64,000 bases of DNA from contig NC_087263.1 of NCBI RefSeq assembly GCF_037042905.1, positions 10,728,001 through 10,792,000 on the forward strand, given 5' to 3'. The DNA comes from Lytechinus pictus (taxonomy: Eukaryota). How positions within the stretch are numbered: the first letter of the stretch is position 1; every line of letters starts with the position of its first letter. The notes beneath the pieces were generated by a model. It was not told the origin of the DNA. It saw only the letters and a program-made list of their open reading frames with translations, and ran no database searches. A program made the translations under genes and the position numbers. Shown one piece after another: positions 37,501 to 49,500 of this stretch.

Positions 37501-39639
37501 CTAAAATGCTACTTCAACCAAAAAAATCAGCAGTCTTCTCAAAAGAGTAAATCATTATCTGAAACAAGTTTGATTCAAGAGGATGATAACGATTCTGACC
37601 AAATGCCACACAACAAAGTCTTGGAAAGATTATCGAAGGGAAAACCTTCCCAAAGCACTTGGTCTCCCCGGTTTAACCCCCCTCCAGCATTAACCCTATA
37701 CCTAGATAAACTTGAGGAATCTCTGCAACCACTCATCACCAAAAGACACAGAGATAACCTTTCTCCCTCTGAAAGACAAGCTCTCCGTGAACTTAAAGAA
37801 AACAAGAATGTTATTATCAAACGAGCTGACAAAGGGTCAGCAGTGGTATTTCAATCTAAACAGAACTATCTTTCTGAAGGCCATAGACAATTGAACACGG
37901 AGACATATAGGAAAACTGAGAGTGATCCTAACAAAGAGCATTTGAATCAAGTGAAAAAAGTAGTAAATGACATAAAGGTCCCAAAAGACATCAAGCAATT
38001 ACTGATCCCTATCAAATCGGAATGCCCACAAATGTATTTTTTGCCCAAAATACATAAATTGGGCAATCCAGGAAGACCGATTGTTTCCGGATGTTCTTGC
38101 CCTACTGTTCAAATATCTCGCTTTCTCGACACAGTATTGCGTCCATTGGTACAACATACTAAGTCTTTCATACAAGACACAACACACTTTCTGAAACATA
38201 TCTCCAAAATAAACTCAGAGGGCCCAATTCCTAATGGGATATTCTTGGTCTCAGCCGACGTCAAATCCCTGTATACCAACATTCCCCATGCAGATGGTAT
38301 CCAAGCCTGTAAGAAAGCTCTTGAAAAACGGAGATCGAAAGATCCCCCTACTTGTGATATGGTTCGATTACTTGAACTAATTCTGAAGTTGAACAACTTT
38401 CAGTTTGCAGGGGAATTCTACATTCAGAACCAAGGAACGGCCATGGGCACTCCAGTTGCACCCTCTTATGCCAATATCTTTATGGCAGACTTAGAAGAGA
38501 AACTCCTCTCCTCAGTCTCACAACAGCCTTACAGATCATCCTGGTGTAGATACATTGACGATATTAATTTTCTCTGGTCTGGAAACAGGGAGTCTCTTGA
38601 CCAATTTATCCAAGCTGCCAATTCATTCCATCCAACAATCAAATTCACGTTTGAAACATCTAACTCTCAAGTTTCCTTCCTTGATGTTCTACTTTACATG
38701 AAAGAGAACGTTCTACAAACTTCTCTCTACTCCAAACCGACGGACACCCATGCTTATCTTCTTCCCGATTCATCTCACCCACACCATGTTTTCAATAGCA
38801 TTCCTTATAGCCAGTCAATCCGAATAAGGCGCATTTGTTCCGAAGAAGCCAACTTTGAATCTAGTATCGCAGATCTGCAAGAACATCTCCAGAAACGTAA
38901 TTACAATCCCCATTCAGTGAGCAAAGCCATCAACAAGGCTAAAGAAATCCCTCGGGAAAACCTCTTACATTATAAGAAGAAAGACAAAACAATGAAGAGA
39001 ACACCTCTTGTGCTCACCTATCACCCCAACCTGCGTAAAGTTGCCCAAATTGCTCGCAAACACATGGACATTCTTCATCAATCTGAAGTGACAAAGGAAA
39101 TATTTCCAGAACCGCCCCTTATCGCATTTAGACGATGCCGCTCTCTTCAAGACTTATTAGTATCGTCCCGTGTTTCAGTCAACTCTGAAAACAATCAGAG
39201 TGAACACATGGGCTCATCCAAATGCGAAGCTAAGAAATGTTGTATCTGTCCATTCATGTTGAACACTAAATATTTTGTAAGCACAGTAACAGGAGAGAAA
39301 TTCCCAATTACTCAGCAAATCAATTGCAAATCTTCATGGGTATTATATCTCATTACTTGCAAACGCTGCAACAAACAGTATGTCGGGAAGACTATTAATA
39401 CACTGTACACAAGAATGTGCAACACACGATCAGACATAAAGAAATATCACACGAGTAGACGCAAGGAAATCCCAATTGCTGCCCACTTCAGTTCTGATAA
39501 TCATTCCACAGATGATATTCAAATTGTAGGAATAGAACTTATCAGAAAACAGCATGAATCAATCATACTCAAACGAGAGTCATATTGGATTCTGAAACTT
39601 AAGACACTTGTACCAAACGGCATCAATGTAGAAGAATAG
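37501..39639 (+). CDS. Second, more 5'-truncated copy of the Penelope-like RT + GIY-YIG ORF
   Basis: Same protein from LKCYFNQ onward apart from E/K (IPIESEC/IPIKSEC) and T/I (GKTTN/GKTIN). The track's start at 37450 is chimeric. First in-frame ATG at 37603. Confidence 0.93.
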   Translation, partial: LKCYFNQKNQQSSQKSKSLSETSLIQEDDNDSDQMPHNKVLERLSKGKPSQSTWSPRFNPPPALTLYLDKLEESLQPLITKRHRDNLSPSERQALRELKENKNVIIKRADKGSAVVFQSKQNYLSEGHRQLNTETYRKTESDPNKEHLNQVKKVVNDIKVPKDIKQLLIPIKSECPQMYFLPKIHKLGNPGRPIVSGCSCPTVQISRFLDTVLRPLVQHTKSFIQDTTHFLKHISKINSEGPIPNGIFLVSADVKSLYTNIPHADGIQACKKALEKRRSKDPPTCDMVRLLELILKLNNFQFAGEFYIQNQGTAMGTPVAPSYANIFMADLEEKLLSSVSQQPYRSSWCRYIDDINFLWSGNRESLDQFIQAANSFHPTIKFTFETSNSQVSFLDVLLYMKENVLQTSLYSKPTDTHAYLLPDSSHPHHVFNSIPYSQSIRIRRICSEEANFESSIADLQEHLQKRNYNPHSVSKAINKAKEIPRENLLHYKKKDKTMKRTPLVLTYHPNLRKVAQIARKHMDILHQSEVTKEIFPEPPLIAFRRCRSLQDLLVSSRVSVNSENNQSEHMGSSKCEAKKCCICPFMLNTKYFVSTVTGEKFPITQQINCKSSWVLYLITCKRCNKQYVGKTINTLYTRMCNTRSDIKKYHTSRRKEIPIAAHFSSDNHSTDDIQIVGIELIRKQHESIILKRESYWILKLKTLVPNGINVEE

Positions 39640-39664
39640 ATATTTCTAATTAACCTCAATCGTG

Positions 39665-40789
39665 GGTCACATTTGTTACATCAGTGTCACTAATTAAATG
39701 ATTAAATTATTTTTAATACTTATTGTTATGTATTTGTTAGGTGATTTCTAGATGACCCAAGCTTGAGAAGTGAGACTTTTGGTCATTACGCGAATTATCA
39801 ACAATTTTATTTATAATCTTTACTCAATTTGATTTCAAAATTTATATCGTTTCATAGAGATTTAATTTATATGCTTGTAAGAAACAATGTTTTCGTCATC
39901 ATCCTCCAGCTTACGATATCTAATATCATGAATATTCATACTCATTGTGACATAAATTATATGCGCATTACCAATGCGCTTTGCGCTTTCATCACCTAGC
40001 AACCAATGTTTTCTTTTGCAATTTTTGCCACTTTCCTAAAGAACGAGATAGGATACGGTCATACTTAACTATCACAATAGTCTGTAATTACAGGTATGTC
40101 TTTTTCATTTATATCATTATTATTTTAATTGAATTAATTATTTATTATTCATTAATTTATTTATCTGTTCATTCATTAATTTGTCATTATGGAATATATT
40201 CAACTTGGTGATAATTCATTGATGTGCATGGTCACATTTGTTACATCAGTGTCACTAATTAAATGATTTTTTTAATGCTTATTGTTATGTATTTGTTAGG
40301 TGCTTTCTAGATGACCCAAGCTTGAGAAGTGAGACTTTTGGTCATTACGCGAATTATCAACAATTTTATTTATAATCTTTACTCGATTTGATTTCAAAAA
40401 TTTATATCGTTTCATAGAGATTTGATTACTATGCTTGTAAGAAACAATGTTTTCGTCATCATCCTCCAGCTTACGATATCTAATATCATGAATATTCATA
40501 CTCATTGTGACATAAATTTTATGCGCATTACCAATGCGCTTTGCGCTTTCACCACCTAGCAACCAATGTTTTCTTTTTGCAATTTTTGCCACTTTCCTAA
40601 AGAACGAGATAGGATACGGTCATACTTAACTATCACAATAGTCTGTAATTACAGGTATGTCTTTTTCATTTATATCATTATTATTTTAATTGAATTAATT
40701 ATTTATTATTCATTACTTTATTTATCTGTTCATTCATTAATTTGTCATTATGGAATATATTCAACTTGGTGATAATTCATTGATGTGCA
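39665..40789 (+). repeat. Two tandem ~565-bp units in the element's 3' region (mirrored at 33486-34610)
   Basis: Units start GGTCACATTTGTTACATCAG at 39665 and 40230 and end GATGTGCA. They differ by several substitutions and an indel, and both arms share these differences. Confidence 0.9.
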
Positions 40790-40829
40790 AAACAAACTTG
40801 GATGTTGTATCTCCTTATATTTTTCAGAC

Positions 40830-40869
40830 GCTTCTGACGAAGTCTCAATTAAAAGACGAAAGCTAAAGC
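40830..40869 (+). ncRNA. Minimal type I hammerhead ribozyme (right arm)
   Basis: GCTT-CTGACGA-A-GTCT(caattaaa)AGAC-GAAA-GCTA^AAGC. Stem I GCTT/AAGC, intact CUGANGA and GAAA core, stem II of 4 bp, palindromic AGCT in place of stem III. Predicted cleavage after CUA (40865). Confidence 0.75.
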
Positions 40870-40972
40870 AAATAATGGTGTCCTGCGTCATCTGTTGAGT
40901 TGGCCTCGCCTCATCTCATTATGTTTAATATTCACAACTCAACAGCGATTGGTAGAAGTAAACTTATCATCA

Positions 40973-41048
<76 letters not shown>

Positions 41049-42570
41049 TGCTTGGTACTTACAAACAAAACAAACTTCCTAGAATTATAAGATTGAAGTG
41101 GGCTATTATGTGATAGTGCACGAAACGTTCTAATTCGTGCAATGCTTGTACAAACATAATTCTTGCTCTTGATTTACATTTGTTTTTTTGAAAAAAATAT
41201 ATCACTTAAAGGTTAAATTGTAAATGACTCTTTGAAATTTCCACGTAAATTCAGCGTTATATGAATCATAAATGAAGTAATGAGACTAGGTAAAGACGAA
41301 AGTGTGTTGATATTTCATTCTATACATGTTTCGAGCTGACGGGTTTGACCTTAAAGACGGTGCAGAAAATAGCGCTATAAGCTTTATCTTTCCTGTCAAC
41401 GCGCAGGGGCGTCACATTTTCTTAAACCTTTCATGATATTACAAGAGGTCCCCGGGAAAAGCAAACTCGACATATTTGCTTGATCAGTGGGCTATCCTCT
41501 TCATGTTTTTCCCCTGGGAATGCGGAAATCATTAATAGCGATATTTTTGAGGTGTGTGGGAGCTTATCACAACGAGAGTAGTACTACCTTATCATAAGTC
41601 ACATATTCAAATTTGTATTAAAAATGCGATCTGTTAAAAGGGTAAATATTAACCCTTCGCTTTAGTAGTCGTAACCTGTTGCTAACTACCCTACGTCTTC
41701 GAATGTTAACAAGGGAGAAAATGAAACTAGTAGTCATTGAGAGAAAATCGAAAAGTTGTCAGAGTCGTAAATTTTATTCCGGGTTCTCGAATTTATTTCA
41801 ATTTTTTTCTTTTCAAAACCATTAATTGAACGTAATTTATCATAATCGTAGCTGTGAATTTTCATAATTTGAGGATAGAAACAAAATCATCAGTGTTATT
41901 TTAAAGGAAATAATGACATTTCCTATGAAGCAAACTTGGTATTAGTCTATGTGTGTGGACACTAATTGATAAGTACACACATGGATATGGTGAAATCGGA
42001 ATAATTAGGGACTAGCGCTATATAAAAGCGGAATATCGTTATTATTTCTATTCTTTTATATAACTATAGAGTTATGATCTTTTAATCAACCTGTTTTACA
42101 ATAATTTTCATCATCTTTTGTTGATTGCTTGAAAGTTTTGATTTGACACTTATTTGTTTTTGTCATTTAATGTATCAAGTTTTACAATTCATCTTGTTAA
42201 TATAGTGGTCTAGGCTTAATTGATGTAGTTTGTAGATTTTCATAGGTGTTTTTCATAATTGTACTTTGTCATCAATTAGTTATGTTAGGACCCGATTGGA
42301 AATAAGCCATCTCGGCTTTCATGGGCTATCCTGTCAATTTGTTTTTTATACTTCAGATCATTCATGATTTTACCTGACAATAAAATCAATCAATCAATAG
42401 CTGATTTAACCTGTTAAGCATTGAAGTGTTTTGAATTTGAATATTAAACACTTTAAGTAAATGATAGCTTTTAAATGCCTTTATATAGAATACGATTTCT
42501 TAAAAAAAAACGATGGTGAAGGATAAAAAACAATAACCGATAGCCCAGTGTACATCAGTTACCAGAAACT

Positions 42571-42840
42571 CCCTATTGGAAAAAACACAGTGTGTGCCTA
42601 TCACAGTGTGTTCACAGCGTGCAACACAACTTGAAATCACTTTCACATGGTTAATTTGAGCAATTCAACAGTGTGAATCACATATTCACATAGTAGACCA
42701 CGGAACACGCTGTGAACAGTGAACAGTGTGAACATATCTTACACTTTGAGCATTTTAACAGTGTGAATGATATTTTTACATCGACCACTATGTGAACACA
42801 CTGTGATAACACTGTGTGACACTGGGTTCCTTCCAGAGGG
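42571..42840. mobile_element. MITE with CCC...GGG termini and CACAGTGTG motifs (related fragment at ~63500-63680)
   Basis: CCCTATTGGAAAAAAACACAGTGT ... ACACTGGGTTCCTTCCAGAGGG. Confidence 0.65.
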
Positions 42841-43108
42841 ATTCACTAGTACCGAAATGAGATACCTTTCCTCCTATATACCCCGGATATATGCCATACT
42901 GGTGAATGGATTAAGAGCCAATGATGTGACCAACTCATCCCCACCTGTTCACTATCATGTATGTAGGCAGCGAAGATCAAACTTGATATCAATTATATTT
43001 TACTATTAAGCTCACCCAAAGACCAACATACCCCAATAAGTATTATAATCCGTTAGGATAATTGAGCGGGGAAAAGATGACCTTATTGAGGTGCATGTTA
43101 GGTGAATA

Positions 43109-43347
43109 CACAGCAAAAACTGTGGTGTTAACCGGTGTACATAGAGGACCACACCAGTTATTTTACACCGGTGTTAAATTGACAGTGTTAGTTTAACACC
43201 TACATGTGTTATTACAACACCTTTGGTTGTCACATCAACACCCTCTGGTGTTATGTTCAATCCCTAGGGTGTAATTTTAACACCTCAGGGTGTGGTCCTC
43301 TATTAACACCAACTGGTGTCAGTTTTAACACCTCAGTTTTTACAGTG
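43109..43347. mobile_element. CACTA/EnSpm-like MITE
   Basis: TA|CACAGCAAAAACTGTGGTGTTAA ... TTAACACCTCAGTTTTTACAGTG|TA, with repeated internal AACACC/GGTGTT motifs. Confidence 0.8.
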
Positions 43348-43924
43348 TACTAGTGACTAGAAAGGAGTGTGTTAAGGGGAACTAAAGAATGACGTCACAT
43401 CTGATAATGAAAGAAATACAGTAAAAATTAGTAACATGTCGATAGAATTTTGGTGAAAATCCATCAACGGGTTACAAACCTTTTTTCTAATAAATGTGAC
43501 GTAAATTTTGAGCTGACTTCAATTATGTTTTTAAATGCTATCTTAAAAACATTTTTTCATGAACGGGGACATGAAACGTGTCATTTTGTTAAAAACAATG
43601 TAATTATGACAAAAGACATTTTACAGATGGAAGCACGTATTGTATAATACGTACCCAAATGATGTGTCAGGGTGTGTTTGGGTGTGTATGTGCGCGTGTG
43701 CTTCTGTACACTCACTCACATTAGCAAGCGAGGGCCTTGGCCTACACCTATACCATTGTACACATATATATAGTTCACGTTTAAGTGAGGACACCGTGAC
43801 GCAGCCAACCGAGGATGTCCCAATGTCTGCAGACCATGTCCAAAATCATAACCCCCCAAAGTCCTCGATTTACAATGACATAAGACGTAGAGATTTAATT
43901 TGTTGACGATATTTTGCTTGTTTG

Positions 43925-44150
43925 CTTGCATTTATTTCTGCGTTCAAAAACACAATACAAAAATATTTACAATTACAATATACAAAATAATTCACAATAT
44001 AAACAATGTAGTCATATTACATAATAAATACAAATAAGGATGTGAGTATAAATTAATCTTTTATAAATGTAAACATATATATATAATTTAATAAATGAAC
44101 GCAGGAGACCGCCATCGTGAGCGGTTAGGCTTGAATTGATGGCGGCCTCA
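43925..44150 (-). mobile_element. LINE/SINE 3' tail fragment (second copy on + at ~57138-57400)
   Basis: GAGGCCGCCATCAATTCAAGC...GCTCACGATGGCGGTCTC stem-loop followed by an AT-rich tail, shared by both loci. Confidence 0.55.
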
Positions 44151-45859
44151 TATTCCTACTGAAAAAGTCCTCGTTTATATACTTTTCTGTCCACGCGGTC
44201 AGGAGGGTGTGTGTGTTTGTGTATGATATTCAATACCATTTACCACAAGAAAGGATCACCAGTCGTTCTTAAAGTCGCTCTTAACTTACGAACAGCTTTA
44301 TGAAACACCCACCTGGTTATAATAGTAGGCCTAATGCAGTGGCTCAGGTGGATACATAATAACATATTCTTCCCCGATCATCCTAAATATTATTTGTTCC
44401 GAACTTTTTATATTCATTATATTATGTTCTTTTACTGAGCACACATTACCTTAATACTCGTCTCTCTCTATTTCTCTTTCCCGCCTCTTTCTCTTTCTTT
44501 TCAACACACACATATCCTCTCTCTATCTTTTCCATAAATGTACTGGCACCGTCACACAAATAGGCCTACAAAAACCTCACGCACTCATCGTACTAATTTG
44601 CCTATTAATATATAAATACAGACATCTGAAGTCATTTATCACGAAGCTTGGTAAGCGGACTCAGCTATCATGCGTAACAGGCTTAGAGGAAAAGTCGAAA
44701 TTCCACAACTAATCAGCCTTCACGTTTTATCCCGAATCATACATCCCCCCGTGATCGAGAGCTTAATTAATGCGATACTCATTTTTTTATTAGTAATATC
44801 CCTCTCTCTTTTGATGCAAGGAATGCGCCATTTGGACATTTCTTTTATTTTCTTAAAAGTGGATATTTTTAGACGGCGGGTGAGAGAGCCGGGTACGTGC
44901 TTGTCTGAACGGCTCTAGAGCAACACAACCTACTGTTTACTGTACCTTGCACTGAAGTGCCAGATTGGTACCTCCTCCCCAATAAGTTCTGGGGAAGAGA
45001 GAGGGAGAGAGAGAGAGAGAATGGGAGAGTCTCTAGGTCTAAAATTTCATTAATCTACATAGTTTGAAGAAAATATACAGGAATCTTGCACCTTTCAAAT
45101 GCAACAATATGAGCTCCTTTTCGGCATTCTACACTGCACCCAAAGACGCCCCCTTTTTACGGTACCTATAAGGATGCAATTAGATAATTATATTCCAAAC
45201 TCTATTTCGGTGCAAAGTTTTACCCTTTCTGGAGGGTGCAAATGCACCTTTGGATAAAGGACCCCCCCCCCGAATGTATATGCACCTAAATGGTTAGGTA
45301 TTACCACCATCTAGGGTGCAAACGGGTGTTTGTGTGTGAAAGAAAGCAAACGAAAAGGTGCATTTTTTGTATCTTGCCACACATGGTGCAAAATTGCACA
45401 CCCCGGCTAAAAAGGGTATGCCAGTGCTGCATAAGCTTATATAGGGTGCAAAATCTCAGTTTTTATTTCTTATGAATGTGTCATGTCTTGAGATGACTCA
45501 ACCCATACAGTATAACGAATTTAATGCATTGTTTTCCTGTATTTAAATCACCAGACGAATTTCCTATAATGTGATATACCATGAATTAGTCGCTTGATCT
45601 GGTCACATCCTGGTGTAATATCAAATACTATTCCCTGCTTGAGTATTCCAGGTTCGGGCTCAGAGGGAAACAACTATAGGATTCCGCACTTCAAGTGCCT
45701 CTTTCTTCAGAGTAGTTCGTTTGATCCGACATAATTTTATGGAACTTTAATTTAGAATGTCAAGGTTATGAGGTTTTAGACGAAAATACAAGTCAAAGAA
45801 TTTTTTTCTGTTTAAGCGAAGATTCGATTATTTCTGTAGTATCAGACTTGTTAATCTGC

Positions 45860-45983
45860 TTGATCAATATGGCGCTACTGTAATGAACAGGCCTCTTAAA
45901 TTGCTAAGTAAAAATTTGATATGTTTCGGATTAGAGACAGCATGCCCATAATAGTGCCAATTCATTTGAAGTAGTATACTGTG

Positions 45984-46020
<37 letters not shown>

Positions 46021-46560
46021 CATTTGGTACTCTTATTGACATATATTATGCTTGAATACATCATGACTAAGTTCCACTCTAGACAGCTGATACTATAGCG
46101 AATTCCCGATTCAATGCTTTGATGGCAGATTGGATTGTATGTCCTATCTGGATTGTAAAAGTTGTAGAAGATGAAGACGAAGAAGAAGAAGGAGAAGGGC
46201 GAAGAAAAAGGTCGAAGAAGAGAAAGAAGGAGAATATTAATGATAATAATGATGATAATAATAATAATAAGAGCAATAATGAGAAGAAGAAGAAGAAGGA
46301 TAAGAAGTAGAAGAAGAAAAAGAGGGAGAAGAAGACGAAAGAGGAAGTGAAGTACAAGAAGAACACGAAGAAAAAAAACGAGAACGAGGATAAGAGATGG
46401 AGTAGAAGGGGAAAAGAGAAGGAGTAGAAGGACGTAATGCTATCTTGGATATCAATGCCCAGCACTCTTAAATTGACCTGTTCCTCGATATGCAAGGTCA
46501 ACTCGTTGTGATAGCATATTGATATCAATTACACGGAAAGGGTATTCCACTTGTGCCTCT
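45860..46560 (-). mobile_element. Highly degraded CR1/L2-group LINE ORF2 remnant split by microsatellites
   Basis: Fragments LRVLGIDIQDSI, FTIQIGHTIQSAIKAL and YGHAVSNP occur in the order expected downstream of a LINE RT domain, separated by (GAA)n/(AAT)n and (TA)n tracts. Confidence 0.4.
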
Positions 46561-49500
46561 AGTCTTACAATATTTCAGTGGTCTGACTTCAACTTTTGAC
46601 CTATACTTATTAGTGAGATCTCAGAGATGTTTTGTGCTATGAAAAACAATGGAGATTACCTCTAACAGTAGTACTAAATTGCAATACGAATGAAATAATT
46701 CTTGTATACTATTGAACATATCATATTTTGATATAACGTCTCCATTTGTTTATTATTTATTTATTTATTATTATTTTTATAATAAATGATTAAATTATTA
46801 TCTTTTTTAATCTGCGATAAAGACGTATTTCGGGGGTGCTGCACCCCCCGTTTGAATGAAAAAAAATTGCCCAATACTGTGCTTGCATTGGGAAACGCAA
46901 TGTGAAAATGTCTTCACAATGTTAAATTTGAGCAATTAAATTTTCAAATCGCATTTACGGCATAGCCAAATATGTGATCACACCAACATCACCCATGTTA
47001 TTGAGTTGTCAATACCTTGTGGAACTATTTCCCCCTTTTTAATGTTGAATTTGAGAATTATTTGATATTCATTATGATTATCTATTTAAAACAGAAGCAA
47101 GTCATATCATTACACTGGCTAATGTCAGGGTAATAATATCCAAGTCCTTGGGAAGCCCATGAAGGCCCGCTGGGAGAACAGTTTTCGGAACTGAAGTGGC
47201 TACCCTGGGTAAATATACCGTTATTATTATTATTTTTATTATTATTATCATTATTATTATTATTGTAATTACTATTATTATCATTATTATTACTACTATT
47301 ATTATCATTGCTATTATTATTATTATTATTATTATAGTATAATGAGGTATGAGCTAAAACAAGAACTGCGTTATTATCATAGTGTCTTCAAATAGTCCAC
47401 TATGCGAACACACTGCAAAGACCCGATATGGCACATTCAAGCACCCCCCCCCCCCCCATTTTCCCATCCACAGGTTGCACCACCCCTGACCTGATTTGGA
47501 TCCGCCGTTGTATGTGACTAGACTATGTCAGTTGCTCCCAGCTTATCAAAATCACAATAATTTGTTTATCTTAAAAGTGATGCGTGTGCGTGTGGGAAGG
47601 GGGCATCTCCCAATGATCCAAACCAATTTTTGGAAGACATGATCGTCATATTATGAATTCTTATAAAATAGAGTTATTGTCTTTTGTGACCTTAAAGGTT
47701 AATCGATATTCTAATCACGAGTCATTGTTTGTCTTAATCCCTCTAACACAAGGTCTAGACGATAGCATGCGTCATGGTGTCATTTCTTTCGATACTTGGT
47801 ATCGTGTCTTAATGACGGAGTGAGGTTCATAACCATTATCATATATCATATTTGAAGAGGAACAGAGGGATGTGAAATTACTATCATAGACCCTGGAAAA
47901 CGGGGACAAGGCAGCAAAGTTGATCAAGGGCGGCGCTACATTGAATGGCCAACCCCCTCCTGTCGATTTGCATATAATGGAATGCAACAAAATGAACAAA
48001 ATATTAATAAAGGGGGGGGGGAGAATAAGTAAAATGACGGCAAAGAGAAAAAGAGATGTGTGCGTCCTGCAAAACAGAGGAAAAAAATCAAGGAAAGAAA
48101 TTGTGTTACCTTTAAAGTTGCCTTGAACCCTCCTCGCCCCGCTATTCAAATACTATGGCGCCATCCCGATGATAATGTACCTTTTCGGTGTACTTCCAAA
48201 ATAATACATTGGTAACGTATTTAAACGTATTTAAATGTTAAAGCAAAACAGAGACAAATCGCAGCCATTTCGATTTTTCAATTGGCACACCACAATGGCG
48301 TAATGAGGCAAAACAAATTGGGGGCGAGATATGGCGTATCGGAGCTTTATTTATTAAAAGAAAAAGTTGCAAGCGAGCGAAGCGGGCGAGCAAAAATTCG
48401 ACTTTCTTATTACAAAAATCAAATTTTGTGATAGATTTTGACATAATATAAAAAAAAACTATTTATATTTCACCATTTTCGCTTTCCTTTTCTTTCCTTT
48501 TCTCTTTTTTCCTGGTCGGAATTTTTTGGTAGGAGGGGGAAATCGCCCCCACGCCCACAATCTGTACGCCACTGGCACACCATCGCTTTGTTTGAAGTGA
48601 ATTTTATTGGTGTGATACCAACATGATAGAAACAAGATCATGATATTAGGGAAACATTGAAAAGGACCATATATTTGCCATTATCAGTATTAAAAAAAAT
48701 TAATAATAACAAACAATAGAATACACACACAAATATAATGAAAACGGCTGTTATGAATAACAGCAATTAAAACGCAATCACATAATTATATAGTTACGAA
48801 ACGTCATCTATATTTTTATTAATTTAGAAATATGTCGCTGTGCCACTTAGTTTATTTTTCTAACGACAGCATTTATGTTAAGGTCTCTTAAAAACACTTT
48901 AAGTTTACTAATTTGTACCTTCAGCTTCAACCCGACTTTGCATCAGTCTCGGAAATTTCTCTTGAATTATTATAGTTACGAGGCATGTGACCCCGTTTCC
49001 CCCATCACGTCTAAGCCTCCATAATTTCCTCAAAATACCTATGAATGGCCATGGGAGTGGAAAACTAGAAAGTAGAATAATTACGGATCAAGTTATTTTT
49101 ATAACTGCGGAAATGATATCATGGTCAAGTCATGCTTCAAAGTTTGAGCTTGAACTTCATAGTGATCGAAAGTTAATCTGAAACCCATGACAATGTTTGT
49201 AGCGAATGATGGATGTCGTTCATTGGACCTTTGACTGTTTATTTTTTTATTCGTTTCATTTTAATGCATACCACTCATCACCTTACCCACGTCTATGAAT
49301 GATTACTAAAACGGACAATACAAGTGATTCGACCCTCCCAGTTCTCGGTCATCAATAAGGGCGGATCCAGCACCTCATAAATGGGAGGGTGGGGGACTGA
49401 CTTAATGATAATAATGATGAAGTTGACTGCTGTTTGCAGATTTGTATTTTTTCAATGTATTTATTATCATTATTTTCATTATTACTGTTATTATTAGTAT

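Larger units (their letters stand above)
33353..40974. mobile_element. Palindromic (head-to-head) Penelope-like retroelement insertion, Neptune-type
   Basis: Arms 33353-36774 and 37501-40922 are reverse complements (paired coordinates sum to 74275). 726-bp spacer. Flanked by (TA)n on both sides (33316-33354 and 40975-41043). Confidence 0.95.

Noticed and set aside
46079..46528. 149-aa hydrophobic membrane protein ORF
   Set aside because: Mostly translation of (CTT)n/(ATT)n simple repeats between LINE remnants.
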